From a bacterium (lineage in GTDB: Bacteria > Electryoneota > B3-LCP): a stretch of 64,000 nt of DNA. The position numbers and the translations under genes were made by a program. The notes below the pieces were generated by a model, which did no database searches, had not been told where the DNA came from, and saw only the letters and a list, made by a program, of their open reading frames with translations. The stretch spans positions 468,621 through 532,620 of the forward strand of contig JAPKYS010000023.1 of the NCBI GenBank assembly GCA_026394195.1, written 5' to 3'. Shown here in pieces: positions 47,293 through 56,650 of the stretch. Every line of letters starts with the position of its first letter. Within the stretch, counting starts at the first letter, position 1.

Positions 47293-48405
47293 CTATTCCG
47301 CTGGCAGTACCCACACAATTCTCCCCCCCCCAATAACTCGACGATCCTGATAGAAGACGGCAGATTGCCCGGGGGTGATTGCTTCGACGGGTTCATCGAA
47401 TACCACGGTTAATTCCTCAGCATTATTCCCGAAGTTTAGTCCAGCGTGAGTTGCTTTGGAGCGATAGCGTACCTGCACGGATGCCTCTCTGATGACATGC
47501 GGGTCGGGGATCAGCCAGTTGAGCTGATCGACAATGAACCTGCGCTGCTGTAATTTCGCCCGCGTTCCTATAACGACTCGATTTGAAGACGGCTCCACCG
47601 AGAGCACGAAATGCGGTTCCTTGAAGCCTCCGCCCAGCCCCTTCCGCTGTCCCACCGTGTAGTGTATATATCCTTGATGCCGCCCCACTGTCTGACCCTC
47701 CTCCATCATCTCCCCGGGTTGTAACTCTGACAGCAGATCAGGTCGTTGCTCCAGGATAAAATCGCTGTAATGCCCGGAGGGGATAAAACAGATTTCCTGG
47801 CTCTCAGGGGTGTTTGCAGTCTTCAAACCTACCTGAGCGGCAATTTTTCTGACCTCCGTTTTTCGCAGACTCCCCAGAGGTAAAAGTGTAAATGGCAGCG
47901 ATTCCCTGGGGATACCCCATAATGCGTAGGACTGATCCTTGGCAGGATCCAACGCACGATGCAATTGATATTCACCTGCGATTTGCTCGATTCCGGCATA
48001 ATGCCCGGTCATGAGATAATCGCAACCCAACAATCTGGCTTTTTTAAAAAGGCTGCCCCACTTCAGGTAAGTGTTGCAGCGGATGCAGGGATTAGGCGTT
48101 CTCCCGTTTATATATTCGGTGATGAAATCAGTGATCACGTATTGCTTGAAGTCATCTCGCAAATCAACCGTATAATGCGGAATTTTCAGGGTGTGACAAA
48201 CTGCCTCAGCGCGGTGGATCGCATCGATATTGCAACAGCCGCGATCAGAAAGCGGCACCCCCCCCAGCGTCTTCCGATCGAACAACTGCATCGTGAAGCC
48301 GATGACTTCACAGCCCTGCTCGACCAGGATCGAGGCGGCGACTGAGCTGTCCACGCCCCCGCTCATCGCCGCTGCAACCCGCTTGAGAGCCGCGTTGGTT
48401 GACAT
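47293..48405 (-). CDS. mnmA: tRNA-specific 2-thiouridylase
   Basis: SGGVDSSV PP-loop and the CNxxLKWG motif. Confidence 0.95.
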   Translation of the reverse strand: MSTNAALKRVAAAMSGGVDSSVAASILVEQGCEVIGFTMQLFDRKTLGGVPLSDRGCCNIDAIHRAEAVCHTLKIPHYTVDLRDDFKQYVITDFITEYINGRTPNPCIRCNTYLKWGSLFKKARLLGCDYLMTGHYAGIEQIAGEYQLHRALDPAKDQSYALWGIPRESLPFTLLPLGSLRKTEVRKIAAQVGLKTANTPESQEICFIPSGHYSDFILEQRPDLLSELQPGEMMEEGQTVGRHQGYIHYTVGQRKGLGGGFKEPHFVLSVEPSSNRVVIGTRAKLQQRRFIVDQLNWLIPDPHVIREASVQVRYRSKATHAGLNFGNNAEELTVVFDEPVEAITPGQSAVFYQDRRVIGGGRIVWVLPAE

Positions 48406-48414
48406 GTGATCCGC

Positions 48415-49569
48415 CTATCCGCCGAAAGACATTTCTCGCAGCCGATTCACGACCTCAGGGACAACTTTAAGCAGATAATCCACGGATTCTTCTTCGTTCT
48501 CTCGACCTAAGGAAAAGCGGATCGAACCTTGCGCGATTTCAGCAGGAATGCCCATCGACAATAAAACGTGCGATGCGCTGACCTGTCCTGAAGAACAAGC
48601 CGAACCGGTTGAAACGGCGATTCCCTTCATGTCGAGCGACAGCAGCAGCGCCTCGCCCTCAATTCCCTCGAATGAGACGTTGTTCAATCCGGGCAGCCGT
48701 TTTTGGGGATGCCCATTGAGATGAACGGCGGTAAGGGAGGTCTGCAATCCCTGCCACAGGCGATCGCGCAGGTTCGTCAGCCTTTCTGCTTCAGATGACA
48801 TTTTCTCATGGCAGATCGATGCAGCCTTTACCAGGCCGATGATTCCGGGCAAATTTTCTGTCCCGGTCCGAGTGTTGCGTTCCTGGTGACCGCCAAACGT
48901 GCGCGGTTCCAATTTTATTCCCTTGCGGACGAAGAGCGCTCCACAGCCTTTCGGTCCATAAATCTTATGTGCTGAGAGCGAGAGCAGATCGATATTCAGC
49001 TTTTGAACGTCAATCGGCAGCTTCCCGAAGGATTGCACGGCATCGGTATGAAACAATACGTTCTTGTCACGCGTCACCTTACCGATTTCTTCAATGGGAT
49101 TGATCGTGCCTGTTTCATTGTTGACGTGCATGATCGACACCAGTACGGTCTTAGGAGTTATCGCTTCAGCCACGTGATCAGGATGGATCATTCCGTAATG
49201 ATCGGGACTCAGATAGGTCACCTCATAGCCGCTATTTTCCAGATACCTGGCGGAATCAAGTACAGCGTGATGTTCAATTTTTGAGGTGATCAGGTGATTC
49301 CCACGATCCCGATTCGCAACCATTACACCGATCAGAGCCGTGTTGTCCGCTTCCGTGCCCCCCGAAGTGAAGTAGAGTTCGGCAATGTCGGCTTGCAGCA
49401 TTTTCGCCAGGGTTTCGCGGGCATCTTCAATCGCCACGCGAGCCGTGCGGCCAAAGCCGTGAACGCTGGAGGGATTGCCATAATTTTCCCTCATCACCTC
49501 CAGCATGGCGGCTGCCACGTCCGCATCGACACGGGTCGTGGCGCTGTGATCAAAGTAGTACTGTCTCAC
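48415..49569 (-). CDS. iscS: Cysteine desulfurase (IscS/NifS family)
   Basis: PLP lysine motif SAHKIYGPKG, and the catalytic SxGSACSS loop. Confidence 0.9.
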   Translation of the reverse strand: MRQYYFDHSATTRVDADVAAAMLEVMRENYGNPSSVHGFGRTARVAIEDARETLAKMLQADIAELYFTSGGTEADNTALIGVMVANRDRGNHLITSKIEHHAVLDSARYLENSGYEVTYLSPDHYGMIHPDHVAEAITPKTVLVSIMHVNNETGTINPIEEIGKVTRDKNVLFHTDAVQSFGKLPIDVQKLNIDLLSLSAHKIYGPKGCGALFVRKGIKLEPRTFGGHQERNTRTGTENLPGIIGLVKAASICHEKMSSEAERLTNLRDRLWQGLQTSLTAVHLNGHPQKRLPGLNNVSFEGIEGEALLLSLDMKGIAVSTGSACSSGQVSASHVLLSMGIPAEIAQGSIRFSLGRENEEESVDYLLKVVPEVVNRLREMSFGG

Positions 49570-49576
49570 GATCTTT

Positions 49577-50176
49577 TCAGATTCCTTTATCCCGCCGGCT
49601 CTTTAAAAACTCGACCCATGCTGCCAGCGCTCTTCCCCGATGAGATATTTCATTCTTTTCTTCCAAGGACAACTCAGCCAGAGTTTTCCCCTTCTCGGGT
49701 ATGAAAAAAACTGGATCGTACCCAAAACCATTATTTCCGGATGGGGTCTGACTGATTAATCCATCAATCCGCCCCTGAAACAGGTTGACGTCACCATCCT
49801 GAACAAACGCGATGACACATCGAAACCTTGCCTGACGCTTTCCGAGGGGGACGCCAGCCATTTCCATGATTAGCCTATCCACGTTATCCTGGTAGGTGGC
49901 CTGAGGACCAGCGTAACGCGCAGAATAGATTCCGGGAGCTCCACCTAAAGCATCAACTTCAAGACCGGTGTCATCCGCCAGGGTTGGCAGATGGGTGATA
50001 CGATGCAGCTCCAGGCCTTTTTTTGCTGCATTCTCTTCCAGGGTTTCGCCGTCTTCATCTACTTCCGGCAAGTCCGGAAAATCGCAGGGTGTCAGGATTT
50101 CAATGTCGAGATCCTGCACTTTTTCGCGAATTTCTTTCGCTTTGTCTTTATTCCGGGATGCCAGCAGTATCTTCAT
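49577..50176 (-). CDS. rdgB: dITP/XTP pyrophosphatase (RdgB/Ham1)
   Basis: Ham1 motifs (LASRNKDK, FGYDP). The start was set at ATG 50176 (MKILLAS...). Confidence 0.9.
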   Translation of the reverse strand: MKILLASRNKDKAKEIREKVQDLDIEILTPCDFPDLPEVDEDGETLEENAAKKGLELHRITHLPTLADDTGLEVDALGGAPGIYSARYAGPQATYQDNVDRLIMEMAGVPLGKRQARFRCVIAFVQDGDVNLFQGRIDGLISQTPSGNNGFGYDPVFFIPEKGKTLAELSLEEKNEISHRGRALAAWVEFLKSRRDKGI

Positions 50177-50255
50177 AGTCCGAACGAAAAGGGCAACCAC
50201 AGTGTCCGGGAGGTTGCCATCGGGTTATCATTTCAAAGTATTTGAAAGCTGACGC

Positions 50256-50537
50256 TCAAGAACGCTGGTTGTACAATTCACTGCGATCAACGATACCCAC
50301 GATCGCCGCGTCAACCGGCGTCAGCAGAGGTTCAGGAAAACTAAGCGAGGCTTCGCGGGAGGTTACGTAGAATACGATTTCCCCCGGACCGGCTCCCACC
50401 GTATCAACTGCCACGATGGCGCGCCCCATCTTGCGACCCTGCTCGGTCAGAGGCTGAATCAATTGCATTTTACTGCCATTCAGATGCGGATCCTTGACGG
50501 TCGCCCAGATGGTGCCGACTACTTTAGCCAGGTTCAC
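50256..50537 (-). CDS. Bacterial microcompartment vertex protein (EutN/CcmL/PduN family, BMC-P)
   Basis: 93 aa with VVGTIWAT...AVDTVGAGPGEIV...PVDAAIVGIVD, a classic EutN_CcmL pattern. Confidence 0.85.
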   Translation of the reverse strand: MNLAKVVGTIWATVKDPHLNGSKMQLIQPLTEQGRKMGRAIVAVDTVGAGPGEIVFYVTSREASLSFPEPLLTPVDAAIVGIVDRSELYNQRS

Positions 50538-50833
50538 TTCAGGTCAGCCTCCCACTCGGACAACGGCAGTTCGACGTCTAACCGATCGACGATTGCCATG
50601 ATGACGGCATCTACGGGCTTATCCCTGGTGATCCAGGTCAACCGCCCGGAAGAACCTTGGGCGATCAGAACAATTTCGCCTACACCGGCTCCTACAGAAT
50701 CGACAGCGACGACGATGTTGTCCAAGGGTTTATAATCCGTATCTACCGCTCGCACGATCTGGAATTTCATTCCTTCCAGTTTCTCATCCTTGCGCGTGGC
50801 CCAGACTGTACCGATGACGCGACCTAACAGCAT
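50534..50833 (-). CDS. Bacterial microcompartment vertex protein (EutN/CcmL/PduN family, BMC-P), second paralog
   Basis: 99 aa with VIGTVWAT...VAVDSVGAGVGEIVLIAQGSSGR...PVDAVIMAIVD. It overlaps the downstream paralog by 4 bp. Confidence 0.85.
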   Translation of the reverse strand: MLLGRVIGTVWATRKDEKLEGMKFQIVRAVDTDYKPLDNIVVAVDSVGAGVGEIVLIAQGSSGRLTWITRDKPVDAVIMAIVDRLDVELPLSEWEADLK

Positions 50834-50854
50834 TGATGTACCTGCAATGGATTA

Positions 50855-52039
50855 TCAATTGTTCTGCGGTTGGATCAATTTCCAGAAACTTTTCCCCGAT
50901 CCGGTTCCTGTAACTCCGAAATAATCAGCGATGGTAGCTGCGAGGTCAGCGAATGTATCGCGGCAGCCGAGGTTTGTGTTGCTCCTCAGCTTCTTCCCAT
51001 AAATCAGGATAGGCACGTATTCACGGGAATGATCCGTAGAAGGTGTGGTCGGATCGCAGCCATGGTCTGCTGTCAGAACTAAAACGTCATCCTCACTCAG
51101 GTTCGCCAGAATTTCAGGCAGGAATAGATCCACCTCCCGCAAACCGGAATAATAACCCGCCACGTCGTTGCGATGCCCCCACATCATATCAAAATCGACC
51201 AGGTTGGTGAAGATAAAACCTCTGCGCTTACTCTTGATAGCTTCAAGAGTCTCTTCCAGACCCTGACGATTGGATTTCGTATGAATCGCTTCAGTAATCC
51301 CCTGACCGGCAAATAGATCCTCGATCTTACCAATCCCCAATACCTCTTTCCCAGCAAGACACAGATGATCAAGAATCGTACGATTGGGCGGTGGTAAGGA
51401 AAAATCTTTGCGGTTGCTAGTCCTTATGAAACTGCCTTCAGGTCCAATAAAAGGGCGGGCGATAATCCTGCCGACCGCATCCTGCCCTGTCATGATCCCG
51501 CGCGCGATCTGACAGATCTGATAAAGTTTTACGACTGGAATAATTTCTTCGTGAGAAGCGATCTGCAGAACTGAGTCCGCGGAAGTATACAAGATCAGTT
51601 TTCCTGTGCGGATATGTTCGGAACCCAATCTCTGAATGATCTCAGTACCGGATGCAGCAATATTCCCGATGAAGTGACGTCCTGAGGCAGTTTCAAGTTG
51701 ATCCACGATCCGCTGGGGGAATCCGCCGGGATAAGTCGGTTGAGGCTGCCGGGCGATCAAACCCATCAATTCCCAATGCCCGTAGATGCTATCCTTACCC
51801 GGAGATTGTTCTGCCATATAACCATATGACGCCTGCGCAGCTACACTCCCGGAAAGTCCTCGTATCGGTCTGATTTTACCCAATCCAAGGCGTTCCAAAT
51901 TCGGTAAGAGCAAACCACCGACGGCTTCAGCCAAATTTCCGAGAGTATTTGATCCCAGGTCGCCATATTGGGCAGCATCTGGAAGTTCCCCCATCCCGAC
52001 GCTATCCAGAACTACTACGATAAAGCGGCCGGCCGCCAA
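50855..52039 (-). CDS. deoB: Phosphopentomutase
   Basis: Alkaline-phosphatase-superfamily metal-binding motifs (VVLDSVG, TADHGCDPT), full-length DeoB similarity. Confidence 0.9.
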   Translation of the reverse strand: MAAGRFIVVVLDSVGMGELPDAAQYGDLGSNTLGNLAEAVGGLLLPNLERLGLGKIRPIRGLSGSVAAQASYGYMAEQSPGKDSIYGHWELMGLIARQPQPTYPGGFPQRIVDQLETASGRHFIGNIAASGTEIIQRLGSEHIRTGKLILYTSADSVLQIASHEEIIPVVKLYQICQIARGIMTGQDAVGRIIARPFIGPEGSFIRTSNRKDFSLPPPNRTILDHLCLAGKEVLGIGKIEDLFAGQGITEAIHTKSNRQGLEETLEAIKSKRRGFIFTNLVDFDMMWGHRNDVAGYYSGLREVDLFLPEILANLSEDDVLVLTADHGCDPTTPSTDHSREYVPILIYGKKLRSNTNLGCRDTFADLAATIADYFGVTGTGSGKSFWKLIQPQNN

Positions 52040-52041
52040 AT

Positions 52042-52242
52042 TTAGTTACCCAGCACTTCCGCGCTGTTGCACTTGCAGACAGCTTGAATACGACGCTGAA
52101 AGCGATATCCGCCGCTCGCCCCCTGCTGAGTGGGTGAAATCACCCGGATATGAGTGACTGGAGTATCGCAGACGGGGCACTTATGCAGACCGCTCGATTG
52201 TGCTTTGGCGACTTTGTCGCTGAAGGTTTGTTGCTTTGCCAT
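52042..52242 (-). CDS. Small hypothetical zinc-ribbon protein
   Basis: 66 aa with CPVC...CKC. It lies immediately upstream of deoB on the same strand. Confidence 0.4.
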   Translation of the reverse strand: MAKQQTFSDKVAKAQSSGLHKCPVCDTPVTHIRVISPTQQGASGGYRFQRRIQAVCKCNSAEVLGN

Positions 52243-52351
52243 GGGTTCCTCTATTTCCTTTAGTTTATATACGATTATTTTTAATCAACTTTTATAATGA
52301 TTCCCATAATTCTCTGGACATAGAACAAATCAGACTTTCGATAGACAGTCG

Positions 52352-52444
52352 TGTCACTCCGGCTTAGCCTGCCCCATTGGGGTCCGGAGTCAGACACGCC
52401 GTCAGATTCCCGACGCAGGCTGAAGCCTTTGCGGGAATGACGGC
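52352..52444 (-). ncRNA. Candidate structured RNA / 5' leader (two nested stem-loops)
   Basis: Minus strand gccgtcaTTCCCGcaAAGGCttcaGCCTgcgtCGGGAAtcTGACGGC, then gtgtctgACTCCGGaCCCCaatGGGGcaggctaaGCCGGAGTgacac. It lies downstream of a sigma-70-like promoter. Confidence 0.3.
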
Positions 52445-52492
52445 TTCTCTTACCCTGTGACGTAAGTCCAGTTAATTATAGGAATCGCTATA

Positions 52493-52521
52493 ATATAATA
52501 AAAAATTACTACCGAAATCAA
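52493..52521 (-). promoter_or_regulatory. Sigma-70-like promoter (TTGATT-17-TTATAT) upstream of the structured leader and zinc-ribbon-deoB operon
   Basis: Minus-strand hexamers TTGATT (52521-52516) and TTATAT (52498-52493). An additional TATAAT lies at 52480-52475. Confidence 0.35.
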
Positions 52522-52551
52522 TAAAAAAACCGCCTAAACTTAGTCAGGCGG
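52522..52551 (-). terminator. Rho-independent terminator after the anti-sigma factor gene
   Basis: Minus strand CCGCC-tgactaagttta-GGCGG followed by TTTTTTT. Confidence 0.6.
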
Positions 52552-52580
52552 AAAGTTATTCAACGCTGTTCGATCAGTGG

Positions 52581-53195
52581 TTATCGACTTGGTGGCGTCG
52601 TCGAAACTTGATTGACGCGCCAGAGGTCGTCGTTGACCGGAATGGTGATCTGATCGTGTCCGGGTCGTTCGGGTAATTTATGGATCGCCGTATCCGCCGG
52701 GGCATTGTCTGCCAGGAATCGAGATTGCAGCGGCTCGTGAGTTGTGGTCGGTTTGGCTATCTTCTTGATTTCGACCTGGGGTGTTACAATGGTCGCCACG
52801 TTGTCAGTGCTCGGTTCCACCGATGCAGCAGTGGGATAACTGATTTGCCGGCTTGCCGGATTGAAAAGGAAAAATCCCAGCACGATTGCTGTCGTGAAAC
52901 CGGACCCCAACAACGCCAGACGCGGAAATAGTCCGGTATTCCATTCCGGTTTGCTTAAGCCCATCTCCATCCGGTTGATTTCCCGCTTCAAATTGGAGAG
53001 GAAATAGGGCGGAGTTTGTAGTTTGGGCAAACTGATCAGCGCTTCTCGTACCCGCCTCGTGTCTTGAGCATATTGCCGACAAAGGGCACAACTGGCACGA
53101 TGTTGTTCAAGCTCAGCCAACCGCTCGGCGCTTGCGTGAGTAGCCTTGATTGCAGGATACTCTTTTTCGAACTCTTCACAGCTCAGATTCATCAT
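52581..53195 (-). CDS. Membrane-anchored anti-sigma factor (zf-HC2-type)
   Basis: N-terminal HxxxCxxC-like zinc motif (HRASCALCRQY) and a central TM helix. Lies downstream of the ECF sigma gene. The start is placed at ATG 53195 (MMNLSCEEF). Confidence 0.55.
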   Translation of the reverse strand: MMNLSCEEFEKEYPAIKATHASAERLAELEQHRASCALCRQYAQDTRRVREALISLPKLQTPPYFLSNLKREINRMEMGLSKPEWNTGLFPRLALLGSGFTTAIVLGFFLFNPASRQISYPTAASVEPSTDNVATIVTPQVEIKKIAKPTTTHEPLQSRFLADNAPADTAIHKLPERPGHDQITIPVNDDLWRVNQVSTTPPSR

Positions 53196-53444
53196 CTTCA
53201 CGCATCCGGTAGATCTAACATTAAAGAAAAACAACTATCCCCTTATGATTTACAGTCTTTCATCCTCCAGACTCAATTAGTTGAACATAAGCTGAAGTAG
53301 CACGGTTCCCAGTTTCAGCAAATTTTTGCAGGTTTATTTATTTTTTCCTACAGGTGTCATCTGCTTATTAATTCGGCAGTTCACTGCCCATTCTTGAATG
53401 TAATCCAACAGACGGCTTTCCAGTAAAATAATATAGGAGGGAGC

Positions 53445-54053
53445 TTAGAGTCTGCCCTTCAATTTTTTCTGGATCTGTGTTCGTCCACGATTGACTCGAG
53501 ATTTCACAGTCCCCAGTGGGACATTGAGAATCTGGCTAATTTCCTCGTAGGATAAGTCCTGCAAATCGCGCAGGATGATAACTTCCCGGAAATAAACAGG
53601 AAGCTCGGTAATTTCCTTGAGGATGACTTCTTTCTCTATTGATCCTTCAATCTGCTTTTCCAGATCAATGTCGGTGTCGGGAATTTCATAGTCCTTTTCC
53701 GTATCACCCCGCTGAGAAATCGAGAAGATGTTTCTGATCTTGCGGCGTCTGAGTTCAGTCCGAGCCAGGTTACCGGCAATAGTATAGATCCAGGTTGAAA
53801 ACCGGGCAATTTCTTTATAGCGATGTTTGTTCCGATACACTCTGAGGAAGGTTTCCTGGACGATGTCTTCTGCCGTTATGCGATCATTAAGCAATCGACC
53901 TACAAAATTGATCAACTGTCCCTGGTAGCGATGGACGATTTCTTCAAATGCGGCGAGATTGCCATTCTGAAATTGCGCGATGAGCTTTTCATCGCTCACA
54001 GCCACCTTGGTGTATTTATCTTTCCCGATGGGTGGAAGGTCTTTGGCTGTCAT
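53445..54053 (-). CDS. ECF-subfamily RNA polymerase sigma-70 factor
   Basis: Region 2 (DIVQETFLRVYRN) and region 4 HTH (SYEEISQILNVPLGTVKSRVNRGR). Confidence 0.9.
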   Translation of the reverse strand: MTAKDLPPIGKDKYTKVAVSDEKLIAQFQNGNLAAFEEIVHRYQGQLINFVGRLLNDRITAEDIVQETFLRVYRNKHRYKEIARFSTWIYTIAGNLARTELRRRKIRNIFSISQRGDTEKDYEIPDTDIDLEKQIEGSIEKEVILKEITELPVYFREVIILRDLQDLSYEEISQILNVPLGTVKSRVNRGRTQIQKKLKGRL

Positions 54054-55075
54054 GGTTGCAATAAACTCTCGGTTAGAGTATTCAGCAGAAGATCATCCGG
54101 CGGCGATTGTGTTTTTCTGCTTAAATCAGCTTTAGCCAATGCTTCAAGGGAGCGCCCCAGCTCGGATCGGGTAAAATGGGGCAGATACTCCCGGTATCGG
54201 CGCTCCAGGAAGGCGGGCCGAATGTTGAGTTGCTGCTGCCAGGACGCAGAAGATACTTTCTGTTCCTGTAAATACTTCATCCGATAGAGTGCCCAGGTTT
54301 GCCGGTAAAGCAGATGAATCAAGGCGCCGATCTCGGTCCTTCCCTGGAGTAAATATTGCAGGGATTTGCGAGTCTCGGTCTGATCCTTTTTCCCAAGTGC
54401 TCGCAGCAGTGAAAAGATTTCAACTTCACGGGTGAAAACCAGACTCGCTTCAACGTCGCTAACTTCGATGACGCTTTTTTCGCCGACGTAGAGGATCAAT
54501 ACTTCAATTTTCGACAACAGTTCACGCAAGGAAGGATCAGTTTCAGATAAAATTCTTTCCATGGCTTCAGGCGAAATCTGCTTCCCAAAACTCCCGGCGT
54601 ATCCAATTAATTGCTGCTCTAATTCCTCGGAATTTAAACGGTTAAAGGCGACGACCGTGATAGAATCATGAGATTTCTGTAACTTCTCACCAAAAGATTT
54701 CTTGATGAAATCAGGATCGTTCTCAATCATAATAAAAGTAAGATCTTCCGGTGGACTCTTCAAGATCGAGTCGATTAGTTTTTGGACGGTTTTCGTGCGG
54801 ATCGCTCGGGCAAGATCCTTAAGAATGACAATGCGCTGGGAAGGAATCAGAGGCAGAGACACCAGGGTATCCGCGAAAGCGCTCCAGTCAACTTCCCCAT
54901 CGCCGGCACGAAAGACGTTCCAGTTGAAATCAAATGCTCCTGAGTTCAACACGACCACTTTGATCTTCTCGAGAGCGCGTTCGATCAGTAGGTCTTCGGG
55001 GCCGTGGAAGAAGTAGACTGGATCAAGACGCTGGTTATCGAGCTGCTTGATCAGTGTAGTGTAGTTTAGAATCAC
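54050..55075 (-). CDS. holA: DNA polymerase III delta subunit
   Basis: YFFHGPEDLL N-terminus typical of HolA. 341 aa. Confidence 0.85.
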   Translation of the reverse strand: MILNYTTLIKQLDNQRLDPVYFFHGPEDLLIERALEKIKVVVLNSGAFDFNWNVFRAGDGEVDWSAFADTLVSLPLIPSQRIVILKDLARAIRTKTVQKLIDSILKSPPEDLTFIMIENDPDFIKKSFGEKLQKSHDSITVVAFNRLNSEELEQQLIGYAGSFGKQISPEAMERILSETDPSLRELLSKIEVLILYVGEKSVIEVSDVEASLVFTREVEIFSLLRALGKKDQTETRKSLQYLLQGRTEIGALIHLLYRQTWALYRMKYLQEQKVSSASWQQQLNIRPAFLERRYREYLPHFTRSELGRSLEALAKADLSRKTQSPPDDLLLNTLTESLLQP

Positions 55076-55115
55076 GAAAAGACTCGGCGTTTTGTAACTT
55101 GATGTTGAAGGAATA

Positions 55116-55898
55116 TCAAAGCAGGATTAGCCCCAGAACTCCGATAACCAACAGATAAACTCCGAACGTCCACAATTTCCGCTTCATCAAGACGTTCATG
55201 AGAAATCCTATCGCCAGGTATCCTACCACTGACGCAACTACGGTTCCAGTAAGATAAGGCAGATAATCTGCTCCGGTTATACCTGCGAGATCTTTCAGCT
55301 CTAAGAAAGTCGCTCCCAGTATTGCTGGAATAGAGACGAGAAATGAAAATCTGGCTGCAGTCCGGGCATCCAACCCGGTAAAAATACCGGCGGCTATGGT
55401 TGATCCTGAGCGTGAGATCCCGGGAATTATGGCGATCCCCTGGACGATACCCACAATCAACGAAGAGGAGACTGTCAATTTGCTGGGGTTGCGCCTCTGA
55501 ATGACCAAACGGTCTGCAATAAAAAGTAAAGCCGCAGTCACCAGCAACATCATGGCGACGAGGTGCGGGTCGCCAAACAGAGATTCAAATTTATCTTTGA
55601 AGAAAAATCCAATCAATCCAGTTGGAATCGTCGCCAGAATGATCATGAGCATCCAGCGCCGCCCGTCGCGTTTGCCGGATCTCGATGCGGCTGAAAGAAC
55701 GATCTCCATGATGTCCCGGCGGAAATATATCACCACGGCTAACAGCGTCCCCAGGTGCAGCATGATATCGAAGGCGAGTTGCGGACCGGTAAGTCCTAAC
55801 AAATGCTGCGCCAACACCAGGTGGCCCGAACTGGAGACAGGGAGAAATTCCGTCAATCCCTGTACGACACCTAAAATGATCGTATTCAGATAGCTCAT
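55116..55898 (-). CDS. uppP: Undecaprenyl-diphosphatase
   Basis: GVVQGLTEFLPVSSSGHL and PGISRSGSTI BacA motifs. Confidence 0.95.
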   Translation of the reverse strand: MSYLNTIILGVVQGLTEFLPVSSSGHLVLAQHLLGLTGPQLAFDIMLHLGTLLAVVIYFRRDIMEIVLSAASRSGKRDGRRWMLMIILATIPTGLIGFFFKDKFESLFGDPHLVAMMLLVTAALLFIADRLVIQRRNPSKLTVSSSLIVGIVQGIAIIPGISRSGSTIAAGIFTGLDARTAARFSFLVSIPAILGATFLELKDLAGITGADYLPYLTGTVVASVVGYLAIGFLMNVLMKRKLWTFGVYLLVIGVLGLILL

Positions 55899-56644
55899 TT
55901 TTTATCCGATTTGATACTGGAAGAAGGCAGAATCCCAATGGCAGCGAAATTGCGTCCGGTATCTTTACCCTCGCGTCGATAGCTGAAAAACAGATCTGGA
56001 TGACAGTAAGTGCATCGGTTGTCTATCGCAATATTCCGGCTGGGAACGCCGGCAGATTCAAGCTGTGTTTTATTGGTTTGCGACAAATTTAAAAGATAAT
56101 ATCCGGGACGGCTCGGCGCAAGCACAGAATGTGAAAACTTTTTAGCGACTTCCTCACCAACTTCATAGCAGGAAGCACAGATGCCCGGTCCAATCAAGGC
56201 ACTGATATCGTCTGCCCGTATCCCGTAACGATCCATGAACAATTGGATTCCACGTGCCGTAATGTGCGCGGCAGTTCCACGCCATCCGGCATGGAAAATG
56301 GCAACACACGGGATATTTTCACTCCAAACGTAGATGGGGTAGCAATCGGCGACCACCACGCTTATAAGCAGACCGGGAACATCAGTCATCAGACCGTCAG
56401 CGTGTGGATAATGTCCCGGATGATCAGCAACAGCTATTTTATTTCCATGCACCTGTTGAGCGGAGGCGACCATTTCCTCATCTGTTCCCACCGCTCGACC
56501 CAGCCGTCGCCTCATGAAATCCCGATCATGATCGGAATATTTCCGGTAAAACGAACGATAGGAAATAACAGCCCTGATGCCAACTGGCGTCAAGGAGTCA
56601 TAATAGTGGAAATCACATAGCACGTTTTCGCCGGATTCCGTCAA
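55895..56644 (-). CDS. pgeF: Purine nucleoside phosphorylase/laccase-like YfiH (peptidoglycan editing factor PgeF) family
   Basis: DUF152 motifs (VVVADCYPI, HAGWRG). Confidence 0.9.
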   Translation of the reverse strand: MTESGENVLCDFHYYDSLTPVGIRAVISYRSFYRKYSDHDRDFMRRRLGRAVGTDEEMVASAQQVHGNKIAVADHPGHYPHADGLMTDVPGLLISVVVADCYPIYVWSENIPCVAIFHAGWRGTAAHITARGIQLFMDRYGIRADDISALIGPGICASCYEVGEEVAKKFSHSVLAPSRPGYYLLNLSQTNKTQLESAGVPSRNIAIDNRCTYCHPDLFFSYRREGKDTGRNFAAIGILPSSSIKSDKK

Positions 56645-56650
56645 TTACTC

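Noticed and set aside
47323-47331. Homopolymeric C9 tract
   Set aside because: It lies inside the mnmA coding region (encodes Gly-Gly-Gly) and the frame is intact. It is noted only as a potential slippage or sequencing-error hotspot, not a feature.
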